DNA of 64,000 bases, taken from NCBI GenBank assembly GCA_036785375.1, contig JAWMAR010000009.1:10230001-10294000 (forward strand). Direction: 5' to 3'. Positions within the stretch are counted from its first letter, which is position 1; every line of letters begins with the position of its first letter. The translations under genes and the position numbers were made by a program. The DNA comes from Leucoraja ocellata. Taxonomy: Eukaryota. This document shows positions 38,992 through 52,425 of the stretch, one piece after another. The notes under the pieces are model-generated. The model was not told the origin of the DNA. It searched no databases and saw only the letters and a program-made list of their open reading frames with translations.

Positions 38992-39021
38992 CTCGAGGAC
39001 GACTTGGGAGTGTTTGGCAAC
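38992..39021 (-). CDS. TANC2: TANC2 30-nt alternative microexon (GCQTLPSRPR) between the ankyrin and TPR regions
   Basis: GACAAG|GTTGCCAAACACTCCCAAGTCGTCCTCGAG|GTACAC; symmetric phase 1-1 and frame-preserving; long pyrimidine tract upstream; peptide matches the 10-aa insert I recall from a mammalian TANC2 isoform. Confidence 0.9.
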
Positions 39022-39023
39022 CT

Positions 39024-39257
39024 TGTCAGTGATGAAGGAAAGAGAAAGAGGGAAGGGAAGGGATTTTCAAAAGACATGAGGATGAAGAACAGAAAAGAAA
39101 AAAAATTGCAGTGAGCAAGCAGCAAAGCCAGTGCATCAGCAAATCATTGCACAAAAACACAGCACACAAGAGGAACTGTGTGAAGCCAAGCATACACATA
39201 ACTGTCTGAAGCACACGCACAGAAAGCTGCCTATAGCATACGGTAACATCAGAAGCA
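39024..39257 (-). promoter_or_regulatory. Splicing-regulatory region upstream of the microexon: AG-exclusion zone, long polypyrimidine tract, UGCU cluster
   Basis: No minus-strand AG between 39024 and 39175; nine TGCT between 39114 and 39257; branch-point-like GCTCAC at 39111-39116. Confidence 0.7.
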
Positions 39258-42200
39258 TTAGTTCCAAAGCTGGAAGATTTATTTGATTTGGGGACCCGAC
39301 TCTCAAAATATTCAAAGAAAAATACGGGTCCTAGCTTTTTCTAATGTTTCTGCACAAAATATATGTACAGATGTAAAAGGCAACATAAATCATTGCACTA
39401 ATTGGCTACATCAAAGAATGCGGTGTTATCATCTGCATGATTGAGATCTGAGGTCCCCACTCAAACTTAAAACCAGCAGCAATGCTGTTGACTTTCTCTG
39501 ACCCCACATCCACTTCTATTTTTGGGTTGTACATCAGAACCACTTCATAATAAATATCTATCATGATTTTAAAATGGTTTTGAAAATGTTACATAATGAC
39601 AGTGAGATCAGACTATCTCTTCTGAATATCATATTCAAGGCAGTAGCATTGAAGTATACAAGAACACATAGAAATTAAAGAGAAGTGTATATTAACAGAA
39701 GAAACCCTGATATAGATTAAAAACTTGATGGTTAGATACACAACCAATCCAAAAGTATTGCATTCAATGGTAATATTCCATTGGTTAACATCAATAACAA
39801 AAACAACCAAAAATACATATTTTCCACATCTGTATGACTGGAACAAAGTATTGCTCATGTCTACACCATTCCTACCAAATAACAAACAGCAGACAAGTAA
39901 CCAAATTGATTAACTCAAAAGTGTTCATTTCCAAATATATTTCCCAAGTGATAATGACTTTTCAGGCTTAAGTGCGAAACAAAAGGATTCTCTGTAATTT
40001 TCAGTGTGGAGGGCTCTTTATAACTTCCCTGTTGTAGAAAAAAAGATTGGAATAACACAAGCTCTTGTTAGCTTCAAGAAATATATCCATGTTCTCCTTT
40101 TGTCCTTCTGGTGGCCAAAGCAAGTTTAATTAATAATATATCCCAGGATGAAAATGTTGGTCATCAGCCAATTTACCAAGTTTCTGAACATCTTTGAGCA
40201 ATTAATAAAGAAAACAACAAATTGTGTCTCAATTTTCAAGAGATTTTTTGCGAAATTCCAACATCAATGAAACACTGTTAATATAAAGTTTCACTGAGGA
40301 ACAAATGTATTACACTAACTACAAGAGAAAAAATAATAATGTGACATGAAAGCTTTCATGACAATTACATTTAATCATATCGTTAACTGGTTATTTAACA
40401 GATTTGGATGAAATACCAAGGTTCTGATGCTTTCTACTATAAAGGCATTATGGTGGTCATTAAAGTCTTTCAGAGACTACATCATCACAATTAATGCTAA
40501 AGATATCCGGGGCCTGCTTTGTTGGTGATCCTACAAAATATTGAGCTGTAAAAAGAGCAAAAACCTACATTCATTAACCTGGAGACTTTCTGATATTATA
40601 ATAGCCGAACCAAAAAAAACATCCAACTAAGAAGAAATTTACATTAATTAACATTTGATACGAAACATCTGTTCATATAACCAAAAATGTTTGCAAACCA
40701 GAAAACACTTCAAAAATAATCTTTTGTAACAACACTGTTTAAATGTGCACTGAATTTGCTGCATCTTATAAATATATAAATCTGGTATATCATTTGAAAT
40801 GCTGGATTGATACAATTCAATAACAAAGACTTAGTGGGGGGGTTTTTGCCACTAATCATACACAAAGCTTGAATCCATACATACGTATGGCCAAGAACTG
40901 TACATCATTTTGATCCATAACAGTAACCAATCAGGTAAAAGAATATGGGAACATATATTCAAAGACATATCCCACATGATGACCATTCTATTATGTACAC
41001 TGAATGTGTTTGTCTGCTATCATTGCAGCCCCTTTTGGAACAGAACAGCAGTATGCAGAATCAAAGCTCCATCAATTCATCTATGACATTGTATTTCCAT
41101 TTCTGTAGTCACTATGTGATTGTGAAGCATTCAATTATGTGTCAGTGCCATGTCTAAAATCTGTCTTATTATTTATACGTCTAACATCCGGCCACTGAAG
41201 AGGCAACATATACATTGAAATGTTTCATTAACAGACAGGTAATGAACATTAATGTATTCTTAAAATATGATCTCATAAGAGCTGCTAATGTCTTTAACTT
41301 CCATATATGCCAATGGTTTGGGCAGAGGATCTGCTTCCTAATGATGTAATATTTACATCAGCAAATAAAAAGGGGAAAACAAATCAAAGGTTTACTTTCC
41401 ATTTTTAATACTATATTTAATATTAATCTAACCAACAATGTTGGTACACTGTTTGATTTTCAAGAACATTTAGTAACCAAATACTGTAACTGTATTGTGT
41501 TGTTAAGTATTATAGTTGGGCTGAATATAATAAGTGGAAAACTTCATGAATTAGCAACAGGTAATTCATCAAACAAGATATTGCAGCATAAGAAATGTGA
41601 TTAAACATAATCAGAAATGAAGGACAAAAGATTTCCAAAGCTGTATTTGGCAGTACGTGATTTAAATGTCTTTGATTTGAAGCAAATTTTTAAACTTTCT
41701 TTCAATACATGAACTTTTAGACAAGATCAATTCATGATAACCACAACCTGTGTAATTCTCATCCAACATGCCAAAGCATTTTATTATTTCCAATGCATTC
41801 TCAATATCTTCCATTTCCTGTTAAGGAAAGTAACTGCACTGTTAAGTTCTATTTTGTAATTATTTTTCCGAGAGAATATATATATTGTTTTGTTTTAGAA
41901 TTGATGCATCTAATACTATGTTATTCCCTCTACTCTCTTGCAATCCATCATCTTGTGTTTCCATCATGATCCAAACATCTGCCTGCAATTAGTTTTTGTT
42001 AGAAAATAAGGTAGACTTCCCATGCTGGCATGCTGTCCATGAGGCATCAGAGTGAAGTTAGTAAGAAAAACACCAAACGTATCTCACCTAATTGATTAAA
42101 AGCTTATTAGCTTGTTATTACTTCCTTCTTAGCATGGAGACTCAATGTGGTAGAACTTTATCACAGAAGGCAATTAAGATTAAATTTAAAAATAACTCCA

Positions 42201-45200
42201 GAAGAATAATGTTTCTTCAGTTTAGTAACTTATTTGAATTGCAAGTTTCATTAATTGCAAATAGTATATTTGCTTAGTTTCCTCTCTATCCCTAATTATT
42301 GCCAATGTTTAGAAGTCAACTATTTTGTAGCTGGCTTAAATGCAAATTAGAAAGGTTAACAGGAATCTGCATGGCAGCATCTACCGTAAATGAAGTTTGA
42401 AAGGTTATTATGTTATTTATAGGAAATTCCAATGAATAACAGTCAAGGAAAATGAAATAACAAACAAGATTCTAGCGTTTCTATAAAGGTGTCTATTATA
42501 AAAGCAAGGAAATCACAGTGAATATATACAAGCTTAGAACACAGATTCCGTTTCATATGGCTGTTTTAGCTGTTAAGAGGCAGAATATCAGAAGCTATTC
42601 AGAGGTGATAGAAAGGATATTCTGAAATTATACCAACAAGGAGAGATTCCAGTTAAAAAGGGAACAGTTTAAGAAAATGCTTGCCTTTTTAATTCTAATA
42701 CTTTTACAAATTTGAATCCACTGGTTAGAAAATTATTAACATAGTACGAAAATTGAAGAATTAAGTTTAAAGGTATTTTTATTTGATTAAAAAAATGCTT
42801 TATCACAAGTGATGTTGTGAGAGACTAGCATAATTTAAAAGGGACATGGAAAAACATTTAAAGAGGGAAGGAAAGGGAGAACAGAATGAGATAAGGTAGG
42901 TCTGGTTGAATATCTAATGGTGTTTATCCGTGCTTTAGGTTTCTATTGCAATCTTTTAAAATAAAATGTCAGAATAATAAGAGAAACTACGTTTTTTGAG
43001 AAGGCAAAATTACTTTAAGACAAAAGTTGAACAGTGGATTGTCCAATTGGTAAGTGAACATAACATAATTTGCAGCAGTGGACTAGCCAGTGCTAAATTT
43101 ATTGTAGATCCGATAACCGGTATTAGATGTAGCTGTGCATGAATTTATGCCAGAAAAGTAGTTAAGGAAAGGATTAAGAAATTGGCTGCAATTGGCCCAC
43201 CATTCAATGTACTCACATTATTATTTTTTTTGATACAAAAGGTACAGGAGAATGCTACACCTGAGCAACTGCATCATTATACCCAGGAAAACTTGGAACT
43301 TGCAGATTAACAGAGGGCAAAGTCAGTCTTTGATATAACATCACATTTTAATTGGTTGCAAAAGCAAAGTAATTAATAAAACAAAAAAAAAAACGAATTG
43401 CAAATCAGGTTCAATGAAGTATCGTAAATGATTCTCAAACAATAACTCTGGGCATCAGTGATAATTGCTCAGAAGTTACTTTATCTGACCTTCCTTAGCA
43501 CTAAATCCACTGCAAATTTTTGTGAGATTTCTATACAGTTATCTGGAATAAAATTCACGGAGAAAAAAAGCTTCCACAAATTTCTCCCTGTTAAAGGAAA
43601 TGCATGATCTGGTTTAAGTGTGCAAAACTTCTTGCACGCAGCTTCAAGCAAGGCATGGCGGAAGAACTGATGGGACTATATTTTCCAGCTGCATTAAATA
43701 GATTGGTTGACTTTAATGTGGAACACTTGTGGATCTTTATCAGCAATCAGAAAGTATAAGGATGCAACATCAATATTAAGACTAAACACTAATAGCTATA
43801 ATTTAACTGTGTTTCTGAAAAAAAGCTGTAGAAGCATTAATATATCACTCCAGACTTTTTACATTTCTAACAGAGTTTAAGTTCTTTCATAAACCATTAA
43901 GAACGAAGACTCTGTCGGCCACTCAATTGGCCCTGCCCAAACAGGGTCCAAATTCTGTTTGAGTGACTGAGAACCAAAATATAAAGAGTAATTTCGAAAA
44001 CATGATACCGTCACCTGCAGACACAAGTGACAAAGTGGTGACTTTGTACAGCTAAGCAAGACATAAAGGGAAATAGAAAAATTTAACTGTAAGCACAGTT
44101 CCAAACTAAACCTAATTTGCAAGATAAGGTAGTATTTTGGAGAACAGACATCCAGGAGCTCTTCTTCAGACAGAAAATAATTCTTATCTGGAATGTACTT
44201 CTGGAAGAGTGGCTGAAAGCAAACTTTCCAAAATTATTCCAAAAGACAGATTCGGCTGTAAAGACACTATAGAAAGGTGGACTGTATAGCCTCCTTTTCC
44301 TGAAATTGTACTTATGTATTTTGTCTCCTTTTTCAGTCTTATTAAAGTCTGAATCAGGCACTGGAAATACATAATTTTCTTTTTAATCATCTGTAAAGTT
44401 TAAATCATCAATTCATATCAACCTTGGTAATAAGGAAAGTTCAGAAATAGGAAAACTCAATACAACAGAAAAATTACAAGTATTAGCTCAGATGGACGTA
44501 TTAGCTTAGATGAATGTGTGTGAAATAATGTTTTATATCTTGAGGCATCAAAAAGACAAAACTTTGCGTATTCTTTTGAGGATCAATTCTGCATTCTCTT
44601 GCAAACATTGTTAAAGATGATTGAGGAGTGTTCCATCAGCAAGATTTAATTACAATAGCATTCCCTGCCCATGACAACATGGTAGAAAGATCAAGCTTTT
44701 ATTATTTGGATCCTTATCATGAACTCATTATCCAAAGTGCTGCACATCCATTGAACTACTCTCTGAAGTATCGTGATAGTTGTTTTGAAGATTTTTGAGA
44801 CAAAGCCTTCCGTAGCAAGTGTTGTTGCAGGATTTTTTTTTGCAATAGTGGTTTTCTGCAAATACTGACATATTCCTGGCAATCACTACCCTATCTTGCA
44901 AAACATCATGTCAGGTACTTAAAGGAAAACAGTGCCATCATTGCAGAAAATGTTTTTATTAGTATACAGCAACAGAGAAATTGTGTTAGTGAGTCAACAA
45001 ATACAGAAACATACAGAAAGCCGATGACAGAGGAATAGCAATCTGACGACCTTGAGGATTATGCATTCTGTGGGAGTGTCACCTGATTTTCATCCACATT
45101 TACAGCATAGCGTAAAGTATCAGATGAGACTATATCAAAGGAGATCATCATAAGATCAGAAAGAGGTGTCCAGGCCACATGCAGCAAACCCTACATTTGG

Positions 45201-46956
45201 ATAATCAGTATTCAAGACCATAGGATTCCACTTCTACTTCTGATTGTGTTACTTTGTTATTTATATATTTCAATTTTATGCACCCTGGGGTTGGAAAAGT
45301 GTATTGTCATGCACTGTTGTCAAGGTGTCAATTAAACCTCGAATCCCAATGAAAATCTAATGGTACCAACAAGTTAATGGGAAAATGGAAATTGTTGACA
45401 AATTTGCTATTGGATTTAAAGTTCATGCTTGTCCCTTGAGGCTGCAAACAAGCATGTTAGTGAGTGCATGAAGCTTGGACTCTCTTGCTCTGGAATAGCA
45501 GCACGGTGTTGTGAAAAGACCAAAGCACAGATCAATGTCACTACGATATAAGTTCAGGCTAGTAAACAAAGATGAAACAAATTGGGATGTGTTATCATTT
45601 CCAGAATTGTGTTTCCTTAGATTTTCTTCCTTCTAATAACAGAATTAATTCACAATGAAGTAAAACATTGTTGGGGTTTCAAGATACTACAGTCAGCCAA
45701 AATTAATCATTTTTGTCACATTTCTTTTTAAGTTTCACTTATTGTAGTTGAGTTGTAATAAATATCACTAAATGTTTAAAGTTAAATATATTTTCTTCCG
45801 ATTGAAAATCGAACAACATGAAAAATAATCTGCATCCTTATTAACTTTCATCTGTTTGGACAATACCAAATATAGTGCTTAAAAGAACTAAAGTTTTAGT
45901 TGTGTGATATCTGCTAAATTCATGCAATTCTAAAACTGCCACGATTTGGTTTTACTTCCTGATTCCACCATTTTCTCTAGCTTTTAGAGGTAGGCAATAC
46001 ATTTATACTGTTTCCACCAAAATGTAACTGAAAGAACAATGAGAAAAGTCTTCCTTGGAAATGGAACATTTGTAACACAAATCCAAAATTTTCACCCAGA
46101 CCAAACACGAGCTGGCACGCTGCATTTGGATGTTCTTTCTCTTAGCCTCTCTTGGTAACTTCCAACTGCTCAATCAAAATTTTTTCAAATTACTATTTAC
46201 ATGGAATTGCATTATGATTTCTCATTGAGATGCCTTTATGCATCTCGTAGAAAGATTTTCATCCATTGGTGGTGAATAGATGGGAAAAAATATTATATAT
46301 CTCAAAGGAATTACTTAAAAATTAGAATGTTGGATATGTATCTATGCTGTATTGTTTTCCAGCAGAGATTTCCAATGTTTCCAAACAGCAGAGGTTCATT
46401 GGACTCCACTGTGATAAATTAATGAATGTCTTTTGTAGCCACATGCTTTCTAAATAGATATTGATCCAGTAATCCCAGTTATATTAATCTATATATTAGA
46501 TTATCTGATGTTCCTTTTTCAGACGTAATCCATTTTCCTAGTTTTAACCTCACAAATGTAATTCCCTTTCGAACCATCTGGAATATCAGCATCCAACTAC
46601 CTTCATGTTTAGCAGTATTGAATACAGTGACTTCAAGGTCAATGCATTGCACACTGTAGTATGCTGTGTGAAATCAAAGTTTAATTTAGTGCTGAAGATA
46701 TTAGGTTCACAGGTTACTGCAAATCTGACAACAAAGGCTAGACACATCATTTCCATATTAATGTTCCCAACATAGAAACGTAATCCATGAATAGTAAAGT
46801 GATGGTGTTTGAATGTATGGTTTTCTTTTAAATACAAGCAATCACTCTCATACAAAAGTGAACATAAATTCACTTTGTACTTCAAAAGAGAATGTCAAAT
46901 CTAGCCCCCTGCTTCAATGAAAAGCATATCTACTCCAAACAGTTTAATGACACTCA

Positions 46957-47127
<171 letters not shown>

Positions 47128-47625
47128 TCAACAAGTTTAACAAATACAAATATCAAAGGATTAAATATTTTAGTGATCATAACTTATCAGTATGATTGAG
47201 AATAGCAGAAATATTGTTTGACAGACAATTCAGTATAGGGAAAAATATATTATTGCCTAGAAATGGAATTGGATAATATTTTATTCACTATTGCCTTGTT
47301 GGAAATTGACTTTACCTGGAGTGAAATGAGATTATGACCATCTCCAGGTCATTTTCCATCAGTCTGAAATTCTGCCAGCATCCCCAGATAAATTTCATAC
47401 GAGGATCGAATGTGATCTCCTTGTCAGAAATCAATGACATGATGGCATTTTCTGTGGAAAGTTCCTTGGAACATCCGTGGGGAAAATTAGACCAAAGTGT
47501 CCAGGCTACAACCAGTGAGAAACACTCCCTGATAGGTAGGTTTTAATCGAACAACACCAGATTAGGACTCCCTGACAAATCTTATACTTATATTTCATCC
47601 TTCATATGCTCCCCCTTCTTATATA

Positions 47626-49088
47626 AAAACATGGAAAAATGGGTGCAGGAGTAGGCCATTCGGCCCTTCGAGCCAGCACCGCTTTCAACATGATCATGGC
47701 TGATCATCCAAAATCAGTACCCCGTTCCTGCGTTTTCCCCATATCCCTTGACTCCTTTAACCCTAAGAGCTAAATCTAACTCTCTTTTGAAAATATCCAG
47801 TGCGTTGGCCACCACAATCTTCTGTGGCAGAGTATTCCACAGATTCACAACTCTCTGAGTGAAAACGTTTTTCCTCGTCTCAGTCCTAAATGGCCTACCC
47901 CTTATTCTTAAACTGTGACCCTTGGTTCTGGACTTCCCCAACATCAGGAACATTTTTCCTGCATCTAGCCTGTCCAATCCTTTAAGAATTTTATGTTTCT
48001 ATGAGATCCCTTCTCATCCTTCTAAATTCCAGTGAATACAAGCCCAGTCGACCCATTCTTTCATCATATATCAGTCCCGCCATCCTGGGAATTAATCTGG
48101 TGAACCTAAGCTGCACCCTCAATAGCAATAATGGCCTTCCTCAAATTAGGAGACCAAAATTGCACACAATACTCCAGGTGTGGGCTCACCGGGGCCTTGT
48201 GCAGCTGCAGTAGGACCTCCATGTTCCTAAACTCAAATCCTCTCGCAATGAAGGTCAATATGCCATTAGTGTTCTTCACTGCCTGCAGTACCTGCATGCT
48301 TAGTTTCAGTGACTGATGTACAAGCACACCCAGGTCTGGTTGCACCTCCCCTTTTCCTAATCTGACACCATTCAGATAATAATCTGCCTTTCTGTTCTTG
48401 CCACCAAAGTGGATAACCTCATATTTATTCACATTATTCTGCATCTGCCATGCATCTGCCCACTCACCCAACCTATTCAAGTCACCCTGCAGCCTCATAG
48501 CATTGTTTCTGGATCTAGATTTTGTCTAAATCGTTAATATATATTGTAAATAACTGGGGTCCCAGCACCGAGCCTTGTGACACTCCACTAGTCACTGCCT
48601 GCCATTCTGAAAAGGACCCGTTAATTCCTACTCTTTGCTTCCTTTCTGCCAACCAGTTTTCTATCCATGCCAATACCCTACCCCCAATACCATGTGTTCT
48701 AATTTTGCACACTAATCTCTTGTGTGGGACCTTGTCAAAGGCTTTTTGAAAGCTCAGATACACCATATCCACTGGCCCTCTGTTGCATCCTCAAAATATT
48801 TCAGAAAATTAGTCAAGCATGATTTCCCCTTCATAAATCCACGCTGACTTTGACTGATCCTGTCATTGCTTTCCAAATGCGGTGCTATAACATCTTTAAC
48901 AATCGACTCAAGCATCTTCCCCACTATCGATGTCAGGTTAACTGGTCTATAATTCCACGTTTTCTCTCTCCCTCCTTTATTAAAAAGTGGGGTTACATTG
49001 GCTACCCTCCAGTCCACAGCAACTGATCCAGAGTCGAGAGAACATTGGAAAATGATCACCAATGCATCCCACAACTTCTAGGGCCACT
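47626..49088 (-). mobile_element. 5'-truncated CR1 LINE RT region with frameshifts and an internal deletion
   Basis: ORFs 48754..49074 (DWRVANVTPLF..YRPVNLTS), 48515..48772 ([20 protein letters not shown]), 48106..48498 and 47714..47977; HER1 tail. Confidence 0.95.
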
Positions 49089-49383
49089 GTTTTCTCCACT
49101 CACCGAGAATGAGACAATGATCCTTTGAAGTTCACAACCTCCTGCACAACTGACTCTCCCGGAAACCAGATGCCCTCATCATCTGATAGACTTCATCCCC
49201 CAACAACTTTGATCATCAAGAGCCAAGGCTCAACTCACCAGCACTCCAAACCTACATCTCCACATTAAGGTGAGAGGGGAAAGATTTAAGAGGAACTTGA
49301 GGGATAACCTTATTCACACAAAGCATGGTGGGTATTAGAATCGAGCTGGCAGCGGAAGTGGTAAAAGCAGGTACAATAACAAC

Positions 49384-49385
<2 letters not shown>

Positions 49386-49432
<47 letters not shown>
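49386..49432. repeat. (GA)n microsatellite
   Basis: Perfect GA run of about 23 units. Confidence 0.95.
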
Positions 49433-49435
<3 letters not shown>

Positions 49436-50369
49436 AGGAACTACAGATACCGGAATCTTGACCAAAACACAAAGTGCTGGAGTAGCTCAGCAGGTCAGGC
49501 AGCATTTGTGGAGGGAATAAACAAGGTGACGTTTTGGGTGATGATCCTTCTTAAGACTCTTTGGTCAGGACCTTCTTTGGACCCATCCTCAGGAGTCCAA
49601 AGAAAGCTCCCGACCCAAAACAGTGCCTACCCATTCCCTCCACAGTTACTGCCTGACCTGCTCAGCTACTCCAGCACTCTGCTTTTGCTCAACATTTAAA
49701 AGACATTTGGATAGGCACATGTATGGAAAATATTTAGAGGGACATGGGTCAAATGGGACCAACGTAGATCTTGGCATCTTGGTTGACATGGACGAGTTGG
49801 GCTGAAGGCCTATTTCTACATTGTATGATTATGTGACTTCATGACCTATCTAATCAATGCATGCTAACAACTAAATGAAGATGACATTGCCATTCCCACT
49901 GGATTTGCCCTGACCTTCTCTACTGATTCCATCTGCCAGGTCCCAACCTTTTAGTCTTTTTGCAGACTCTTTCTCCTGGTTGACGTGAATTGTGCAGACA
50001 TCCTCCCTGCCTCTAACACTCCACGTAGACCCTTCCTTTCCTATTCCTAATGTCTTGTTTATCAGACCATAGCCCTCTCCCTTATTTATTTCTTAGAATT
50101 CATTGTGGGGATAGTCTATTGGACATTATTGTCAGCACTGCACTGTAATGATGATCAAGGTATATAACACTAAAACTAAAGACCATAGGTTTCAGATAAG
50201 GGGCAAGCGATTATAAGGGATCTGCGAATGAACCTATTCACACAGAGGATGTTTGTAATCTGGAAAGCACTACTCGAGTGGATGGTGGAGTTACACTCTC
50301 TCACAACATTTAAGAAATACTTAGATGGACACTTGAATTGGCAAGATATAGAGGGCTACAGACCCAAAT

Positions 50370-50675
50370 CGCAGCATGGTGGCGCAGCGGTAGATTTTCT
50401 GCTTTACAGCGCTAGAGACCCGGGTTCCATCCTGACTGTGCGTGCTGTCTGTATGGAGTTTCTACGTTCTCTCCATGGCCGTATGGGTTTTCTCCGGGTG
50501 CTCCAGTTTCCTCCCACACTCCAAAGACGTACAAGATTATAGGTTACTATGGCTTTGGTAAAAATGATAAAATGTCCCTTGTGTGCAGGATAGTGTTAGT
50601 GTATGGGTATTGCTGGTCTGCGCGGACGGTGGGCTGAAGGGCCGGTTTCTGCGCTGTATCTCTAAACTAAACTAA
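50370..50675 (+). mobile_element. Near full-length HE1-like V-SINE
   Basis: A box TGGCGCAGCGG, B box GGTTCCATCC, V-domain, CR1-like tail GGGCTGAAGGGCC..TTTC and (CTAAA)n end. Confidence 0.88.
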
Positions 50676-51507
50676 AGTGCTGCTTAACAGGATTAGAATC
50701 GATGGTTACTTGATAGACAGCATGGATATAATGGCACAGAGATCCTGTTTCTGTGTTGTATTGCACTGTGATTCGACATCTTTCATCATCTTGCAGTCTC
50801 AATGATTTTTTTTTCCAGTAACGCACAGGAATGAAAAAAGGAATAACGAAACAATGACAATGTGACAACAGTAAAAATGAAGGAACAAGAAGTGAAAAAA
50901 AATCAACAAAACGAGTATATACAGGAGATGGAGTGAGAGGCATTACTCAACCGCATTTGAAATGTCTGCAAGATCAAAAGGTTGTCAGGATTACAGTATC
51001 CAACTCAGTGACTAAATAATTAAATGTTAGTTTTCTGAGCATTTTGATTCTCTACCAGAAATTCTGAAAAAAAATCTAAATATCCTTCAAGTAAACATTG
51101 TATTTTGAATAAATCACCATTAAGAGTAGAATTATCTCATCATTCTTTTGACATGAAGCTTTTTAATCACCATATTAAATATTGCTTAAATTAATGTTAA
51201 ACTTAAAGTATATAAGGTCACAAGCCTGCACTGTGCAAGCATAACACTGTCCATTCACCTGAATGGATGAAATTGGCTGCCAGGAGCAAGATAGGCAGTA
51301 TATTTTGTATTCAGTTAAATTAGTTTCATGTTTTAAAACAGTCTTTATGTGACATAAATATAATTTTTAAAACATGTCGTGCCAAAAACAACAAAAGAGA
51401 TTTGATAGGCCCACTAACAGTGATGATAGTCTTTCTGAAAACGGGTCCTGACCCGAAACGTCACCTATCCATTTTCTCCAGAGATACTGCCCGACCCGCA
51501 GGCTTAT

Positions 51508-51678
51508 GCGTGTTTGTGTGTGTGTGTGCGTGTGCGTGCGGGTGTGTGCATGCGCTTATGCGTGCGTGTGTGTGGGTGTGTGCGTGTGTATGCATGTGTG
51601 TGTATGCGTGTGCGTGTGTGCGTGTGTGTGTGCGTGATTGAGTGTGTGAGTGAGTGTGTGTGTGGTGGGGGGGGGGGA
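51508..51678. repeat. Compound (TG/CG)n alternating purine-pyrimidine repeat followed by a G run
   Basis: About 155 nt of GTGT/GCGT/GCAT units, then a G run at ~51667-51678. Confidence 0.9.
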
Positions 51679-52173
51679 CACTCCATTTTCATATCAGTCA
51701 AGGAGTTGGTGAAAAGTATTTACCTTTCACGACCCAGTTCACAGCTAATCCATGTCAGGGTGCACAAATACATCGCCCCACCTACATGTCTAACTATAAG
51801 TGTTTTTATATGGTCAAACAAAGTATCGGCTTTTACGAAAGATACACAAAATGCTGGAGTAACTCAGCGGGTCAGGCAGCATCTCTGGAGAAAATGGATA
51901 GGTGATGTTCGGGTCAGGACCCTTTTTCAGACATTATCAGTTTTTACAGTTTTGACCCATCTGTTAATTTAAAGCAGATTATTTGGTTTTCAAATCTGAG
52001 AGAAACAAACCAAAAATGAATCCAATGAAAAAATCTGACCAGATTTAGGTTTTCAATATCCCTTCCTTTGATTCAAGCACAGCTGTTTAAATAGGGAATG
52101 TGAAGTGATATTCCAGGACGCCAAACATAAACAATAGTGAGCAACTGTTGATATTTTCAAGTCAACAGTGTTA

Positions 52174-52425
<252 letters not shown>

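Noticed and set aside
39400-43515. Short LF-SINE-like words (GCACTAATTGGC at ~39389-39400; AGCACTAAATCCAC at ~43500)
   Set aside because: Only 12-14 nt matches from memory, with no extended similarity visible; not supportable without an HMM search.
50370-50440. tRNA gene-like A and B boxes
   Set aside because: This is the head of a V-SINE continuing into the V-domain and LINE tail; no full cloverleaf or Pol III terminator.
51402-51972. Cys/Val- and His/Thr-rich ORFs
   Set aside because: Translations of the (TG)n microsatellite.
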